Assembly: GCF_001194135.2 (NCBI RefSeq)
Contig: NC_069005.1
Coordinates: 21,565,470 to 21,629,469 of the forward strand
DNA: 64,000 nt
Source of the DNA: Octopus bimaculoides
Taxonomy: Eukaryota
Direction: 5' to 3'
Both the position numbers and the translations under genes were made by a program. Below are positions 50,607 through 64,000 of this stretch, piece by piece (the first letter of the stretch is position 1; every line of letters starts with the position of its first letter). A model generated the notes under the pieces. It was not told the origin of the DNA and did not search any database. It was given only the letters and a program-made list of their open reading frames with translations.

Positions 50607-52627
50607 AAATGGTAGATCGCAGAATTGGGAAAGAGGTAAGCACTGGTTAAAATGCTTTGTGGTATTTGTTTTGTCTTTTTATGTTCTGAGTTCAAATCCC
50701 ATCTAAGTTAATATTTGCCTTTCATCCTTTTATGGCTGCTATGATATAAATACCAGTCAAATGCTAGGAATGATTTAATCAAATCTATTCTAATTTCCAC
50801 CTAAATCTGTGAACATATGTTAGAAATAGTGGTAATAGTAGTAGTTATTATCAGAATGGCGGAATTGGTAGCAATAGTAGAAGACGAATGGCTTGTGGGT
50901 CAGAGGCTGTAGTGTGAGGTCACATTCTTTTATTGTTCATCTTGTCTCTCATACTCACCATCATGTTTTTTTCCTTTTATTTTCTAGTGGTTCTTGCAGG
51001 GGTGAAGTAGAAATATCCTGTAAGATACTTTGTCTAATTTCGAGTAATTAAAGTTAAGCAATTATCCTCCTCCTCTTCATCATCACCATCATAATCCTTT
51101 CTACTATAGTCTCAATGCTTTAAATTTGGGGCAGGGGCTAGTCAATTACATTGATGCCAGTGCTCAACTGGTACTTATTTCATCGACTCCAAAAGGATAG
51201 AAGGCAAAATTGACTTCAGCAGAATTTGAACTCAGAACATAGAGACAGACATTTCGACCAGTGTACTTACAACTTTGCCAGCTTGCCCTAAATAATAATA
51301 ATTATAATAATAATAATGGTTCCAAGTTTTGGCACAAGGCCAGCAATTTCAGGGGAGGGCTAAGTCAATTACATTGACCCCAGAGTTCAACTGGTACTTA
51401 TTTTATCGACCCTGAAGAGACGAAAGGTGAAGTCGACTNNNNNNNNNNNNNNNNNNNNNNNNNNNNNNNNNNNNNNNNNNNNNNNNNNNNNNNNNNNNNN
51501 NNNNNNNNNNNNNNNNNNNNNNNNNNNNNNNNNNNNNNNNNNNNNNNNNNNNNNNNNNNNNNNNNNNNNNNNNNNNNNNNNNNNNNNNNNNNNNNNNNNN
51601 NNNNNNNNNNNNNNNNNNNNNNNNNNNNNNNNNNNNNNNNNNNNNNNNNNNNNNNNNNNNNNNNNNNNNNNNNNNNNNNNNNNNNNNNNNNNNNNNNNNN
51701 NNNNNNNNNNNNNNNNNNNNNNNNNNNNNNNNNNNNNNNNNNNNNNNNNNNNNNNNNNNNNNNNNNNNNNNNNNNNNNNNNNNNNNNNNNNNNNNNNNNN
51801 NNNNNNNNNNNNNNNNNNNNNNNNNNNNNNNNNNNNNNNNNNNNNNNNNNNNNNNNNNNNNNNNNNNNNNNNNNNNNNNNNNNNNNNNNNNNNNNNNNNN
51901 NNNNNNNNNNNNNNNNNNNNNNNNNNNNNNNNNNNNNNNNNNNNNNNNNNNNNNNNNNNNNNNNNNNNNNNNNNNNNNNNNNNNNNNNNNNNNNNNNNNN
52001 NNNNNNNNNNNNNNNNNNNNNNNNNNNNNNNCAATTTCAGGGGAGGGCTAAGTCAATTACATTGACCCCAGAGTTCAACTGGTACTTATTTTATCGACCC
52101 TGAAGAGACGAAAGGTGAAGTCGACTTCATTGGAATTTGAACTCGGAACATAAAGACAGACAAAATGCTGTTAGGCATTTTGCCTGGTATGCTAATGATT
52201 CTGCCAGCTCGCTGCCTTAATAAATAATAGTAATGATAATCCTATAGGCAAAAATCTGAAATTGTGGGGTTGTGAGGTGAGGTGGGGGGACTAGTTTATT
52301 ACATCGAGCCCAGTTCATAACTGGTACTTATTTCATCAACCCTGAAAGGATGAAAGGCAAAGTCGACCTTGGTGGAATTTGAACTCAGAATCGTAGCGAC
52401 AGGCAAAATACTGCTAAGTATTTTAGAAATGAGTTGCGATGTCACAGGTGCCAAGCTGTCTCGGCCTTTGCCTTTCCCTTGGATAACACTGGTAGCATGG
52501 AGAGGGGAGGCCGGTATGCATGGGTGACTGCTGGTCTTCCATAAACAACCTTGCCTGGACTTGTGCCTGGGAGGGTAACTTTCTCGGTGCAATCCCATGG
52601 TCAGTCATGACCGAAGGAGGTCTCAGC

Positions 52628-52683
<56 letters not shown>

Positions 52684-53528
52684 ATATATGATGGGATTCT
52701 TTCAGTTTCTGTCTACCAAATCTGCTTTGCTTGGCTTGAAGCTATAACAGAAGACACTTACCTAAGGTGCCATGCAGTGGAACTGAACCTGGAATCATGT
52801 GGTTGGGAAGCAAGCTTCTTACCACACAGTCACTGTTTTTGCCTTTCAGAGTTGATAAGATAGTTATTAGTCCAACACTGGGGTCGATGTAATAATCTCA
52901 CCCATGTAAAACTGCTGGATGTAGTAATATGGAGTCTTTTGAGTAGTCAAATATGAATCTTTAGGGCATTGAGCAGTTGTGACATTCATGCATAATGTGT
53001 CAAAGTCATAGCTGCAACAGGGTTCAAATCCAGATGAAGTTTTATTTTAACATTTATTCTCCCAGGCTCAGCAAAACAAACAACAACTGTAAGTACTGGG
53101 GTTGATAAAATTGACTGCATCTCTCCCAAAAATGCATACAGTCTTGTGGTAAAGTTAAAAAAAAAATCTTCATCTTCATCATCAACTTTATTATTATCAT
53201 TATTAGTTGCTATTTGTTACCAAACAATGTAGCAGCTGTTTATTTTAGTAAAATTTTATTTCTGTCCTAAACTATAACACGTTTTAGCAAATGTCTCTCT
53301 CGACCAGCTGTTTTATATCAAATTCGCTTTTATTTATGACCTGACCTTCTTTGTTGGACATTGTGACAGTGTTTTAATTTTGGATAATTACATTCATTAT
53401 ATAAACATATTTATTTTTGATCTTTAATATCAAATCAAACTGAAAACTGATGTTGACCCAGTAAATTTTTTTCCATTTCTACCAAACGAGTTTAGCAAAT
53501 TTTCCACTGTTTATATATGTGTAATACA

Positions 53529-53560
<32 letters not shown>

Positions 53561-53956
53561 TTTCATCATCATTATTTTAATTTCCTTTTTCCCTACTGGC
53601 ATATGTACATCCATACACACACTTACAGGTAGATACACACATAGATTGTTCTTAACATCATTTAAATTTATTTTTTGCTTTCATATAAGCAATATGTCTA
53701 AGTACCATATTTTTGGGACATCCCAAGTGCAGTGATTTTCTCTTCAATGTCGTTTGTAGCTTAAGATGGAATTTGGAAGTAATTCTCAATAATTTTTCAG
53801 ACAAAAATAAAGAAATGTTTTTAATAAGTATAAACCCTTTTCTTCTTTTCCTCATTGTTAATTAATGACCTTATCAATGTTTTTTTATGTAAGCTAGAAA
53901 GCAAGATTTATATTTTCATACATACATACATACATACATACATACATAAATGTAAG

Positions 53957-53993
<37 letters not shown>

Positions 53994-55931
53994 TTTGATC
54001 ACAATTTAACATTAAGAATGTTAAGGTTTGTAAATAACATAAATATTTCAGTATCATCATTTTACATCAGCTTTTCCATACTGATATGGTTTCAACACAC
54101 ACGCATACACACATACACACCAGTATTGTATCTAACTTCATTGAATACTCGTCTGTCTGTGTGTGTTGTATTGTAGTGTTATCTTGTTTTGGATCTTGTG
54201 GCAAATAAAGAAAGACCGTCATCGTTTCATAGATTTATTATTTGAATATTTGTCATTTATGGAAGAAAATTTGACGAACATATTCTGCATTTTCATTTTG
54301 TAGCCATTTTTGTCTTGTCTTTACATTATATAAGCAAATTTTTAATGAAACATTTTGAAAGAAAATATATTATAAAGGTTTTATTTATGAAATTAATCCT
54401 TCTTCCACTAACAATAGAAAGTAAGTAGAAATATAAAGGACATTTAATCACTCAAAAAGTGTACATGCATATCTGTATATACATATGTGTGCGTCCTATT
54501 GAATACGTGCATATGTTTCATGCTGCTTCGTAGCATTTTAATGTTTAATGGCTGGCTTTTGCGGAAGAATTTTTTTAGTAAAATATGTCCGTTTTGAAAA
54601 CAGTTGTATTGAAAACGAAATTCTTCTAGAAAAATCAGATCATATATTTAGCTGATGTATATGGTTTTTGTTGGCTTCTGTTTGTGATTTTTTACGCACC
54701 TCCTAACACCACACCCACACACATATACACACTTACACACACACAAATACTTACATACACACTTAAATACACACACATATGCATATGTATGTATGTATGT
54801 ATAATGGACTAAAAATACGAATCATCTTTAACTTCGGCCATTTTGAATAATAATTTCCCTTTTCCAAAGATACAATCCGCGTCTGATGATGACGGTGTTT
54901 GTTTTGCGTCAATTCTCCTGCTTATCTAATCTACCACGGAGTCTTTTGTTATACCATTCCTCTTTTAACAAGAAAATAAAACAAAAATGGAAATCCAGAA
55001 AACGGAATTCTTTTTGCAATATTCTTTATTTGTTTGTGTATAAACATAATGCTATCTGATTATCGCTTTCTTCCTACTCTCTCTCTCTCTCTCTCTCTCC
55101 TCTCTCTGTCTCTTTCTCTCTCTCCTCTGCTCTCTGTCTCTTTCTCTCTTGTTCTCTTTCTCTCCCTCTCTGTTGTTCTATCTATATTTTATTCTACCTT
55201 TAACCATCTTGTATGTTATTTTCTTTTCCGTCATTTCTTCATCAATTTCTTTCGCATTTTCATTTAAACATATTCGTTCTGTCTCTTCTCTGCTTCATTT
55301 CTGTGTGTATGTATGTGTGTGCATGCGCGTGCACAAGATGAGAACATATTTCCTGGTGCAAGGCAGAGAGAGCAGCCGAGAATGTAACAAGTGCAATCTT
55401 AATGGCTGTATGTTCAATTTCTGCCTTTCTCACTCAATGATTTTTCTCCTTTTTCATCTATATTTATCTCTTGTCTAACACACACACACACACGCACACA
55501 CACACACACAGAGTCTCTCCTTTTCTCTCTGTCTCTTTCACACAGACATATGTTAAATACTCAAATGCACTTAGGCATCATTATCTTTTCTTTCTCTCTC
55601 TCTCCTTCTCTCCCCCCCTCTCTCTCTCTCTTTCTATGCACACACAAGTGTTCTTTTCTGACTATATAAGTAATATATGTTTTCCAATGATAGAGTATGT
55701 TTGTGTTCTTTTATCTCCCTTTCGAATGGAGACTGTGGCCCCTCCCTATTACAGCTTGCAACACATTCTATCACCTACTGATGAAATACTAGAGATCTTA
55801 AAGGTGATGAGTTTAGTGATTTAATTACAAAAAACCTTCATTAGATTCCTTGAGTGATTAAAGCATATATATATAAGCTAAACATTCAAACACTGAGATT
55901 TGAAACAAATAAAATATATATATATATATAT

Positions 55932-56353
55932 TTTATTTGTTTCAGTCATTTGACTGTGGCCATGCTGGAACATCGCCTTAAAGGGTTTTAAGTCAAAGAA
56001 ATCGGCCCCAAGGACTTATTCTTTGTAAGCCGTAGTACTTATTCTGTTGGCCTGTTTTGCTGAACCACCAAGTTACGGGGCCGTAAACACACCAACATCA
56101 ATTGTCAAGCGATGGTGGGTGGGGGGACAAACACAGACACAAAGACACACACATAAATATATGCATACACACACACACACACACATATATACAACAGGCT
56201 TCTTTCAATTTTCTTCAATCAAATCTACTAACAAGGCTTTGATCAGCCCCAGCCTATAGTTGAAGACAGTTGCCCGAGGTGCCACGCAGTGGGACTGAAC
56301 TTGAAACCATGTGGTTAGGAAGCAAGCTTTTTGCTACACTGCTATGCCTGCAC
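55932..56353 (-). mobile_element. SINE family A copy
   Basis: Reverse complement collinear with 5868-6262. Confidence 0.85.
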
Positions 56354-57913
56354 TTACATACACACACACATGAAACATTAACTGAATGATTTTTTTACAG
56401 ATGGCCATATATTTCATTACTTACAAGCTTGTCAAACAAATCCATCCATTTATCCATCTAGAGAGAGAGAGAGAGACAGAGACAGAGAGAGAGACAGAGA
56501 GAGAGACAGAGACAGAGACATACACATGCAAGCATAACAGTTTGTAAACATAAGAAAAATAGTATCCAATACATGGTTTATAGTTGGGTTGCCTATATAT
56601 TTAAATTGCGGATTTGACTGTTACTCAAGTTTCATGCTCTCTATGTATATATGAGTGTGTGGCAGGGTTGTGCATGTGTAAAACTGAACCTCTGTGTGTG
56701 TGTATGTGTGTGTGTATTTGTTGTCCATTGTGTAAACACATTCTGACTTCTTGACCTGTTGCACAATCTTTGTAATCAAAAAGTGCTGCCAAGTGGTGCT
56801 GTTTGTTTCAGTACTCTGCGCAACCCTGTCCAAGGTCTGTGTTGTTTTCATAAAAGCAGTGCTCGTTGACTTTTATAGGGGTCTCTGAAACTGGGTTGGA
56901 GGCAGGAAGATAGCTGCAAACTGGAGACCTGCCCTGAAACTTTGCAATAGAGTGGACTGTGCTGAAAGTACCCAGGGTGTTGGGTGACAGATTTTATTGC
57001 ACTTAGTACTTGGGAGTCAAATTTGTTTCATAAAAAATAGTGCAAATTTAAAAAGGAATAGATTATGCTAGAATGTAGCCCAAAATGAAAATTTTGCAAG
57101 TAGATTATATATATATATATATATATGTATGTATATAGTCAATTCAGATAAATGAATTATAAAATTAATGGATAACAAGAGGGTGTGCACAAGGAATGTA
57201 TTAACTTGATGCTCAGTAGCTTTTNNNNNNNNNNNNNNNNNNNNNNNNNNNNNNNNNNNNNNNNNNNNNNNNNNNNNNNNNNNNNNNNNNNNNNNNNNNN
57301 NNNNNNNNNNNNNNNNNNNNNNNNNNNNNNNNNNNNNNNNNNNNNNNNNNNNNNNNNNNNNNNNNNNNNNNNNNNNNNNNNNNNNNNNNNNNNNNNNNNN
57401 NNNNNNNNNNNNNNNNNNNNNNNNNNNNNNNNNNNNNNNNNNNNNNNNNNNNNNNNNNNNNNNNNNNNNNNNNNNNNNNNNNNNNNNNNNNNNNNNNNNN
57501 NNNNNNNNNNNNNNNNNNNNNNNNNNNNNNNNNNNNNNNNNNNNNNNNNNNNNNNNNNNNNNNNNNNNNNNNNNNNNNNNNNNNNNNNNNNNNNNNNNNN
57601 NNNNNNNNNNNNNNNNNNNNNNNNNNNNNNNNNNNNNNNNNNNNNNNNNNNNNNNNNNNNNNNNNNNNNNNNNNNNNNNNNNNNNNNNNNNNNNNNNNNN
57701 NNNNNNNNNNNNNNNNNNNNNNNNNNNNNNNNNNNNNNNNNNNNNNNNNNNNNNNNNNNNNNNNNNNNNNNNNNNNNNNNNNNNNNNNNNNNNNNNNNNN
57801 NNNNNNNNNNNNNNNNNNNNNNNNNNNNNNNNNNNNNNNNNNNNNNNNNNNNNNNNNNNNNNNNNNNNNNNNNNNNNNNNNNNNNNNNNNATATATATAT
57901 ATATATATATATA

Positions 57914-58291
57914 CAGTGATACCTTGCAGTATGAGTTCAATTCATTCCATGACTGAGCTCGTCTTACGATTTACTTGTTTTACGAATCAATTTTCTCCAT
58001 TGAAATTAACTAAAATATAATTAATCCATTCCAGTGCCACGCCACCAACTACTCGAAAATAATTTTTTATGGGTTTTAAAACAGAAAAGGTGTAGTTACA
58101 AGTAAAACGAAAATTATAACAAAAAGAATGCAAAAGAAATATGTTAAACTGGTTTTATTAACTGAATTACCTTAAAGATTTGTGTGCTCATACTGTGGAT
58201 TTCCGCTCGTACTTCAAGACAAAAATTTGCACACGTCTCAGCTCATGCAGCATATTACTCGTAAATGGGGCACTCGTACTGCAGGATTCTG
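57914..58291. mobile_element. Tigger-type MITE
   Basis: TA|CAGTGATACCTTGCAGTATGAGT and a decayed inverse ACTCGTACTGCAGGATTCTG. Confidence 0.6.
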
Positions 58292-58847
58292 TTATATATG
58301 AATTTTAGGAGTGATCTAATTTACTTATTGTTTTAATTAAATATAATATTCAATGGAATTTACCTTTAAATATTAAAAATAACAAGGAACTCAGGTTAAA
58401 GAAGAAAAAATTTTTACTACGCAATAGTTCACCCTCAGTATTGTTTTTTTTTCTTTTTCAGTTATTCATGGAATAAACTAGTCATCAATACTTTTGACTG
58501 TGTAGATGCAAGTGTGTGTGTGCACTGAGAATTATCTCTGCTATGTTGCACCTGAAACCATTGTGTAAATCTTGAAGCTTACTATGTTAGAAGTTTAACT
58601 CTTTTGTTATGAAATTTCTATTGAAATACACAACCTTTGTTCCAATTAATTTTGAAGATAATGAAGAATTTAGTAAAATAACTTTGTCATTACGAAGCAG
58701 GTATTAAGGACATAAATTAGCACAAATTCAAGATAGCTGGTTTTAATTTAAATCACTTAATTTATACGACTTATAATTTAGATCACAGATGTTTATATCA
58801 CAGGACCAAACATGGTCTCAGGTGGGTTGATATCAAAAGGACTAAAC

Positions 58848-59167
58848 CAGGGCTTCTCAACCAATTTTCTTTTTATCTATGAATCCCTTTGATTACTATT
58901 TTATTCTGGTGGACCCCCTTAGCCATTCTATGTTTAAAAACTAATTTTATAGAAAGTTCTTTCAAAATATATATTCACCCATTAACTTGTGTGGGTTGAA
59001 CTATGTAAAATGTTTGAGAAAGAAGCCTAGCTGTTTCTTGCAATACATACATCTAAAACAAAATTATTTTAGGGGCCCTTGAAATACTATTGTGGTGGAT
59101 CCCCAATTTACTATTTTGTTGCATGGACCCCACAAAATCTTATATGGACCCCAGTTGAGAACCACTG
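58848..59167. mobile_element. hAT-type MITE, 320 bp, perfect 8-bp TSD
   Basis: TIRs CAGGGCTTCTCAAC and GTTGAGAACCACTG; TSD GACTAAAC at 58840-58847 and 59168-59175. Confidence 0.95.
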
Positions 59168-59313
59168 GACTAAACCACAGCATTTATTTGGCTTTTCTCT
59201 TTTTTACTTATTGTTCTGTGTCTATTCTCTCTGATAGTTGAACTTGTAGCAAATTTTAAAGATGGGATAGTTTTGTTTGAGAGATCTATTTGTGTATGTG
59301 TTTGTGTGTTTAA

Positions 59314-59578
59314 CCCTGTAGCCTTTGAACCAGCCATATCCAGCCTAAATATGTTACCTGTTTTATGTTTCTAACCAGCCACATCCTGCTTAAATATGTT
59401 ATCTGTTTTATGTACTAACCAGCAAGGTCTAGCCTATGACACTTGCCCTTCAATGCCATTTTAAAATATACAATCATATCAACAAAATTTCGAAGCTACA
59501 AAATAATGCATGATTAATTAAAAAGCAATGTGAATGAAAATGCGTTACATTTGATAGAATAATCTGAATGCCAAAGGG
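59314..59578. mobile_element. piggyBac-type MITE
   Basis: TTAA|CCCTGTAGCCTTTG ... GAATGCCAAAGGG|TTAA; a similar right end occurs at ~5100. Confidence 0.7.
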
Positions 59579-61049
59579 TTAACTGAAAATTAGAACTGAA
59601 GCTTTTGTTCCTAACTAGACTGTTTTGTGTATGCTCTCCTGCATGCAAACAAACATACACGTGCATACTAGATATACTTCAGAGTATGTTATTAATTCAT
59701 ATGTAGTCTTTCTGAATTTATTTTACATTTTCTTCTCAGAAATAATATTGCTCTTTGTGAATATAGTATTTATTCATTAATATTTTCTCCTTTTAAAAAC
59801 AGTACATTGTTATTTAAATGTAATTTATTTCATAAACACCACCTCCATACAGCTCTGATTTATTCTTTCTAATGTTCAGTATCCTCTGTTCCACCATTCA
59901 TGGAATTAATAACAATAATAATCCCTTCTACAATAGACCCAAAGCCTAAAATTTATAGGGATCGAGTTGATTGCATTGACTAACTTACCACCTTAATAAT
60001 AATAATAATAATAATAATAATCATTTAATGTCTATTTTTACATGCTGGCATCAGTTGGATGGTTTGACAAGAGCTGGCAAGATACCATGCAGTGGATTTG
60101 AACCTAGGGCCTTGTAATAGCAAAGTGAATTATTTGTCATTGTTGTATACACATATAGTACACTTCTGATAATTTATTCAATCTTAGATCATGAGTGAAG
60201 GTGTAGAGAAGGCTTTTCATGGCCCTTTTAATGTCTTATTTCAAATAGTTGAGAACTTGTGTGGAGCTATGAGCATTGCTCCACTGTTGCAAAGAATTTC
60301 CTGACTAAAACTCTTTTCTGTCCTCAAATATGAATATTGAATGGATCATGAGTTTTTGAGCAGATCATGCGTGAGGGCAAGACTTCATAAAATTTTTCAA
60401 ATCAAATAGCATGCAAGGACCAGCATAGCTGTAAGGCTAACTTGTTGGCTTTGTAGCCATGTGGTTTTAGGTTAGGTTAGACCTTTCTGCCTGGTTTCTT
60501 GGATAAGTGTGTTGTAGCATAGCCTTGGGTTGACTGATACCTTGTGACTGGAACTTGGTAGACAGATATTGTGTGGAAGCTCATTATATGTGTGTATATC
60601 ATAATCAGAATCATTTTAGTGTCTGCTTTTCTATGCTTGCGTGAGTCGGGTGGAATTTATTGTGGGAGATGTCCTATGGTCAGATGCCCTTCATGTTGCC
60701 TTTCTTCACCTGTTTCCAAGTAAGGTAATATTTTCTCAAAGCCAGCTATATTTTTTGTGGAAGATTGGAAACAAAGGATAGTGACTCTTATTGACGATAT
60801 TAAGACAAGGAGACACTAACACACATCCACACACATACACACACATGATGATCTCCTTTCTGTTTCCATCTACAAAATCCTCTCACAAGACTTTGGACAG
60901 CCTGAGGCTGTAGTAGAAGAAACTTGCCCAAAGCACTATACAATGGAACTGAATCTGAAAATATGCAGTTGGGAAGCTACTTTCCTTAACCTCACATTCA
61001 CACCTGTACCTGTGTGCACACGCACACACATGCACACACATGCACACAC

Positions 61050-61280
61050 GACGGCGAGCTGGCAGAAACGTTAGCACGCTGGGCGAAATGCTTAGCGGTA
61101 TTTCGTCTGCTGCTACGTTCTGAGTTCAAATTCCGCCGAGGTTGACTTTGCCTTTCATCCTTTCGGGGTCGATTAAATAAGTACCAGTTACGCACTGGGG
61201 TCGGTATAATCGACTTAATCCGTTTGTCTGTCCTTGTTTGTCCCCTCTGTGTGTAGCCCCTTGTGGGTAGTAAAGAAATA
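61050..61280 (+). mobile_element. Full-length SINE family B copy
   Basis: Highly similar to 40863-41097; flanked by ACACACATGCACACAC (61034-61049 and 61281-61296). Confidence 0.9.
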
Positions 61281-62025
61281 ACACACATGCACACACACAC
61301 ACACAGTATTTGAGATAAACTTTGCCTTTGGTTGTTTTGGGAGAGTCCTTATGCCTTCTGGTTGTGTCTTGCGAGAGTCCTTATGCCTTTCATCCCTTCA
61401 GCTTAATAAATAAAGTACCAGTGAATTACTGGGTCATTTTTTTTCTTCCTGTCTGTCTGTCTCCCTCTCTTTCTGAGGAAGGAATTGGCTGTGATCAAAC
61501 TTAAAGAGGATTGGACTTTGCTGAGTTTAGATGCTCAAGACCTCTAATGTAATAGTAGCACCATTAGGTGGGGGAAGGTTCTTGTATTTGTGTTTGTCCC
61601 CACCTATCACTACTTGACAACCTGTGTTGGTTTATTTATCTCCCCATAACGTAGCAGTTCAAGAAATGGATACCAAATAAGTACTAGACTTTAAAAAAAT
61701 AAGTACCAGAGTACAAGGTAGAGCTCCAGTATGAACACAAGTCTAAAGACTGAAACAAGTCAAACATGGAAAACTAATGTAAGACTTCTAATCCTAGAAT
61801 TATTTGACTGCGGTGGTATTGTAGAAGGTATATCTGGGTATGTAGCATAAATAGAAGGCTGTCTTAGGTATTGTCTGTTATCTCATATGGTACCTCCTTC
61901 TTCTGACCTTAACTGATCCACATTGGAACTGCTTGTACTTTGTGTCTCTGTGAAGGTTGAAAGATTATGCAACCATAGAGTTCATTTCACTGTGTATGTA
62001 AGTGTTTTGTGTGTGTGTCTGTCTG

Positions 62026-62075
<50 letters not shown>

Positions 62076-62977
62076 NNNNNNNNNNNNNNNNNNNNNNNNN
62101 NNNNNNNNNNNNNNNNNNNNNNNNNNNNNNNNNNNNNNNNNNNNNNNNNNNNNNNNNNNNNNNNNNNNNNNNNNNNNNNNNNNNNNNNNNNNNNNNNNNN
62201 NNNNNNNNNNNNNNNNNNNNNNNNNNNNNNNNNNNNNNNNNNNNNNNNNNNNNNNNNNNNNNNNNNNNNNNNNNNNNNNNNNNNNNNNNNNNNNNNNNNN
62301 NNNNNNNNNNNNNNNNNNNNNNNNNNNNNNNNNNNNNNNNNNNNNNNNNNNNNNNNNNNNNNNNNNNNNNNNNNNNNNNNNNNNNNNNNNNNNNNNNNNN
62401 NNNNNNNNNNNNNNNNNNNNNNNNNNNNNNNNNNNNNNNNNNNNNNNNNNNNNNNNNNNNNNNNNNNNNNNNNNNNNNNNNNNNNNNNNNNNNNNNNNNN
62501 NNNNNNNNNNNNNNNNNNNNNNNNNNNNNNNNNNNNNNNNNNNNNNNNNNNNNNNNNNNNNNNNNNNNNNNNNNNNNNNNNNNNNNNNNNNNNNNNNNNN
62601 NNNNNNNNNNNNNNNNNNNNNNNNNNNNNNNNNNNNNNNNNNNNNNNNNNNNNNNNNNNNNNNNNNNNNNNNNNNNNNNNNNNNNNNNNNNNNNNNNNNN
62701 NNNNNNNNNNNNNNNNNNNNNNNNNNNNNNNNNNNNNNNNNNNNNNNNNNNNNNNNNNNNNNNNNNNNNNNNNNNNNNNNNNNNNNNNNNNNNNNNNNNN
62801 NNNNNNNNNNNNNNNNNNNNNNNNNNNNNNNNNNNNNNNNNNNNNNNNNNNNNNNNNNNNNNNNNNNNNNNNNNNNNNNNNNNNNNNNNNNNNNNNNNNN
62901 NNNNNNNNNNNNNNNNNNNNNNNNNNNNNNNNNNNNNNNNNNNNNNNNNNNNNNNNNNNNNNNNNNNNNNNNNNNNA

Positions 62978-63369
62978 TATCATCATTTCTAAAAATAGAT
63001 TTAACATCAATTCTAAAAATAGCCAAACACCTACTGCTGCCGTCCAAAGGAATTGGTATAAAAGACAGAAAACCAGCCAACTTATTACAGTCTGTTAAAG
63101 TCTGTCATACCGGCCATGACAAAGGGAAATAGCCCTGAAACTCGAGTCGCCTTTATATATATATATATTTATATTTATATATTTATATATTTGATCCTTT
63201 ATATTGAACACTCAATATTTCATCTACATTCAATACTTTCTTTCATGGTGCCATCCATTTTAATTTTATTTTATTTTATATTGTATATTCCATATTCTAT
63301 ACCCCACATTAGTTCTGCAGGAATATAAATAAAACATAAAAAACAGACAGTGTTGGAACTCTTTTAAGC

Positions 63370-63380
<11 letters not shown>
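62978..63380 (+). mobile_element. HHR-bearing repeat family 2, longer copy with upstream open frame
   Basis: 63100-63380 homologous to 47918-48201; an open frame from the gap edge ends at TAG 63130-63132. Confidence 0.75.
63112..63151 (+). ncRNA. Minimal type I hammerhead motif, family 2 (G8>A)
   Basis: GGC-CATGACAA-AGGG(AAATAG)CCCT-GAAA-CTCGAG-TC|GCC. Confidence 0.7.
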
Positions 63381-63404
<24 letters not shown>

Positions 63405-64000
63405 TACATGGTATGTGTGTGTATCATTGATTTCTTTTTATATTTAGTTTTTACGAAAGCATAGATGTTATGAAATAAAACATCCTTCTGTTTACACTGG
63501 ATTTCAAGAAATCATGCTTTAGTTTTTTAGTGACTGGATGTGCTTGTTATTTCCCCAAGTACTGTTGCATGTGTATGTTTGTGCAGTTATACATATATTA
63601 GGATGTTAACCATTTTGTTACCACATCTCTTTGGAATACATTGATTTTCTTTCAAATAATTTTGAAAAGAATATGACAAATTTTAATTTAGATCACTTTA
63701 AAATGTGGAATTTGTATGATAACTAGAGGTGGTCTCAGATAGCTTGGCATCAAGAGGGATCTGGTAGAATAAGTCTACCATCCAGGTAGGCTATGATAGA
63801 ATTTGAACTCTGAATGCAGATATCTTAACAGCATTAGAGAGAGCCTTACATTTAAGATGAATATGGCTGTTATTTCTAGCAGATCAAGGGACCATGTTGT
63901 GGCTTCTTTCTTCAGTATTAGAAATGAAGGTGGTAGCTAGGCAATGGCAGGTTGAAAGCTGTTCATATGGTAGCACAGGCTTGAACTTTTCCATGGGGGT

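Noticed and set aside
51408-51438. CTGAAGAGACGAAA (also ~52098)
   Set aside because: Chance variant of the family-B SINE core; no stems.
54880-54915. CTGATGA followed by a TGACG/CGTCA stem
   Set aside because: No GAAA after the stem, so not a hammerhead.

Overview
AT-rich, repeat-saturated eukaryotic genomic DNA from a draft scaffold with about 15 N-gaps (~5 kb). The SINE/LINE repertoire and microsatellite load suggest a cephalopod, probably Octopus (inference from recognised repeats, not a database hit). No complete protein-coding gene, rRNA, true tRNA or CRISPR array is present; almost all ORF-track entries are microsatellite, SINE or gap artefacts. The window holds at least six tRNA-derived or RTE-tailed SINE families, 3' fragments of RTE, CR1/L2-like, Dong/R4-like and Tx1-like LINEs, and several MITEs (piggyBac-, mariner-, pogo/Tigger- and hAT-type, plus a possible Helentron derivative). 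There are a few candidate exons, notably two minus-strand ATG-containing exons with phase-1 donors at 29301-29427 and 23198-23267. The main result is a set of type I hammerhead-ribozyme (HHR) motifs from three unrelated repeat families, with architecture resembling Penelope-like-element (PLE)/retrozyme HHRs. Family 1 occurs as divergent pairs inside palindromic elements (32.6-32.9 kb, 34.3-34.6 kb). Family 2 has a variant CAUGACGA core (48.15 kb minus, 63.1 kb plus). Family 3 has a long branched stem II (48.4 kb). Every copy deviates from consensus somewhere, so activity is untested.
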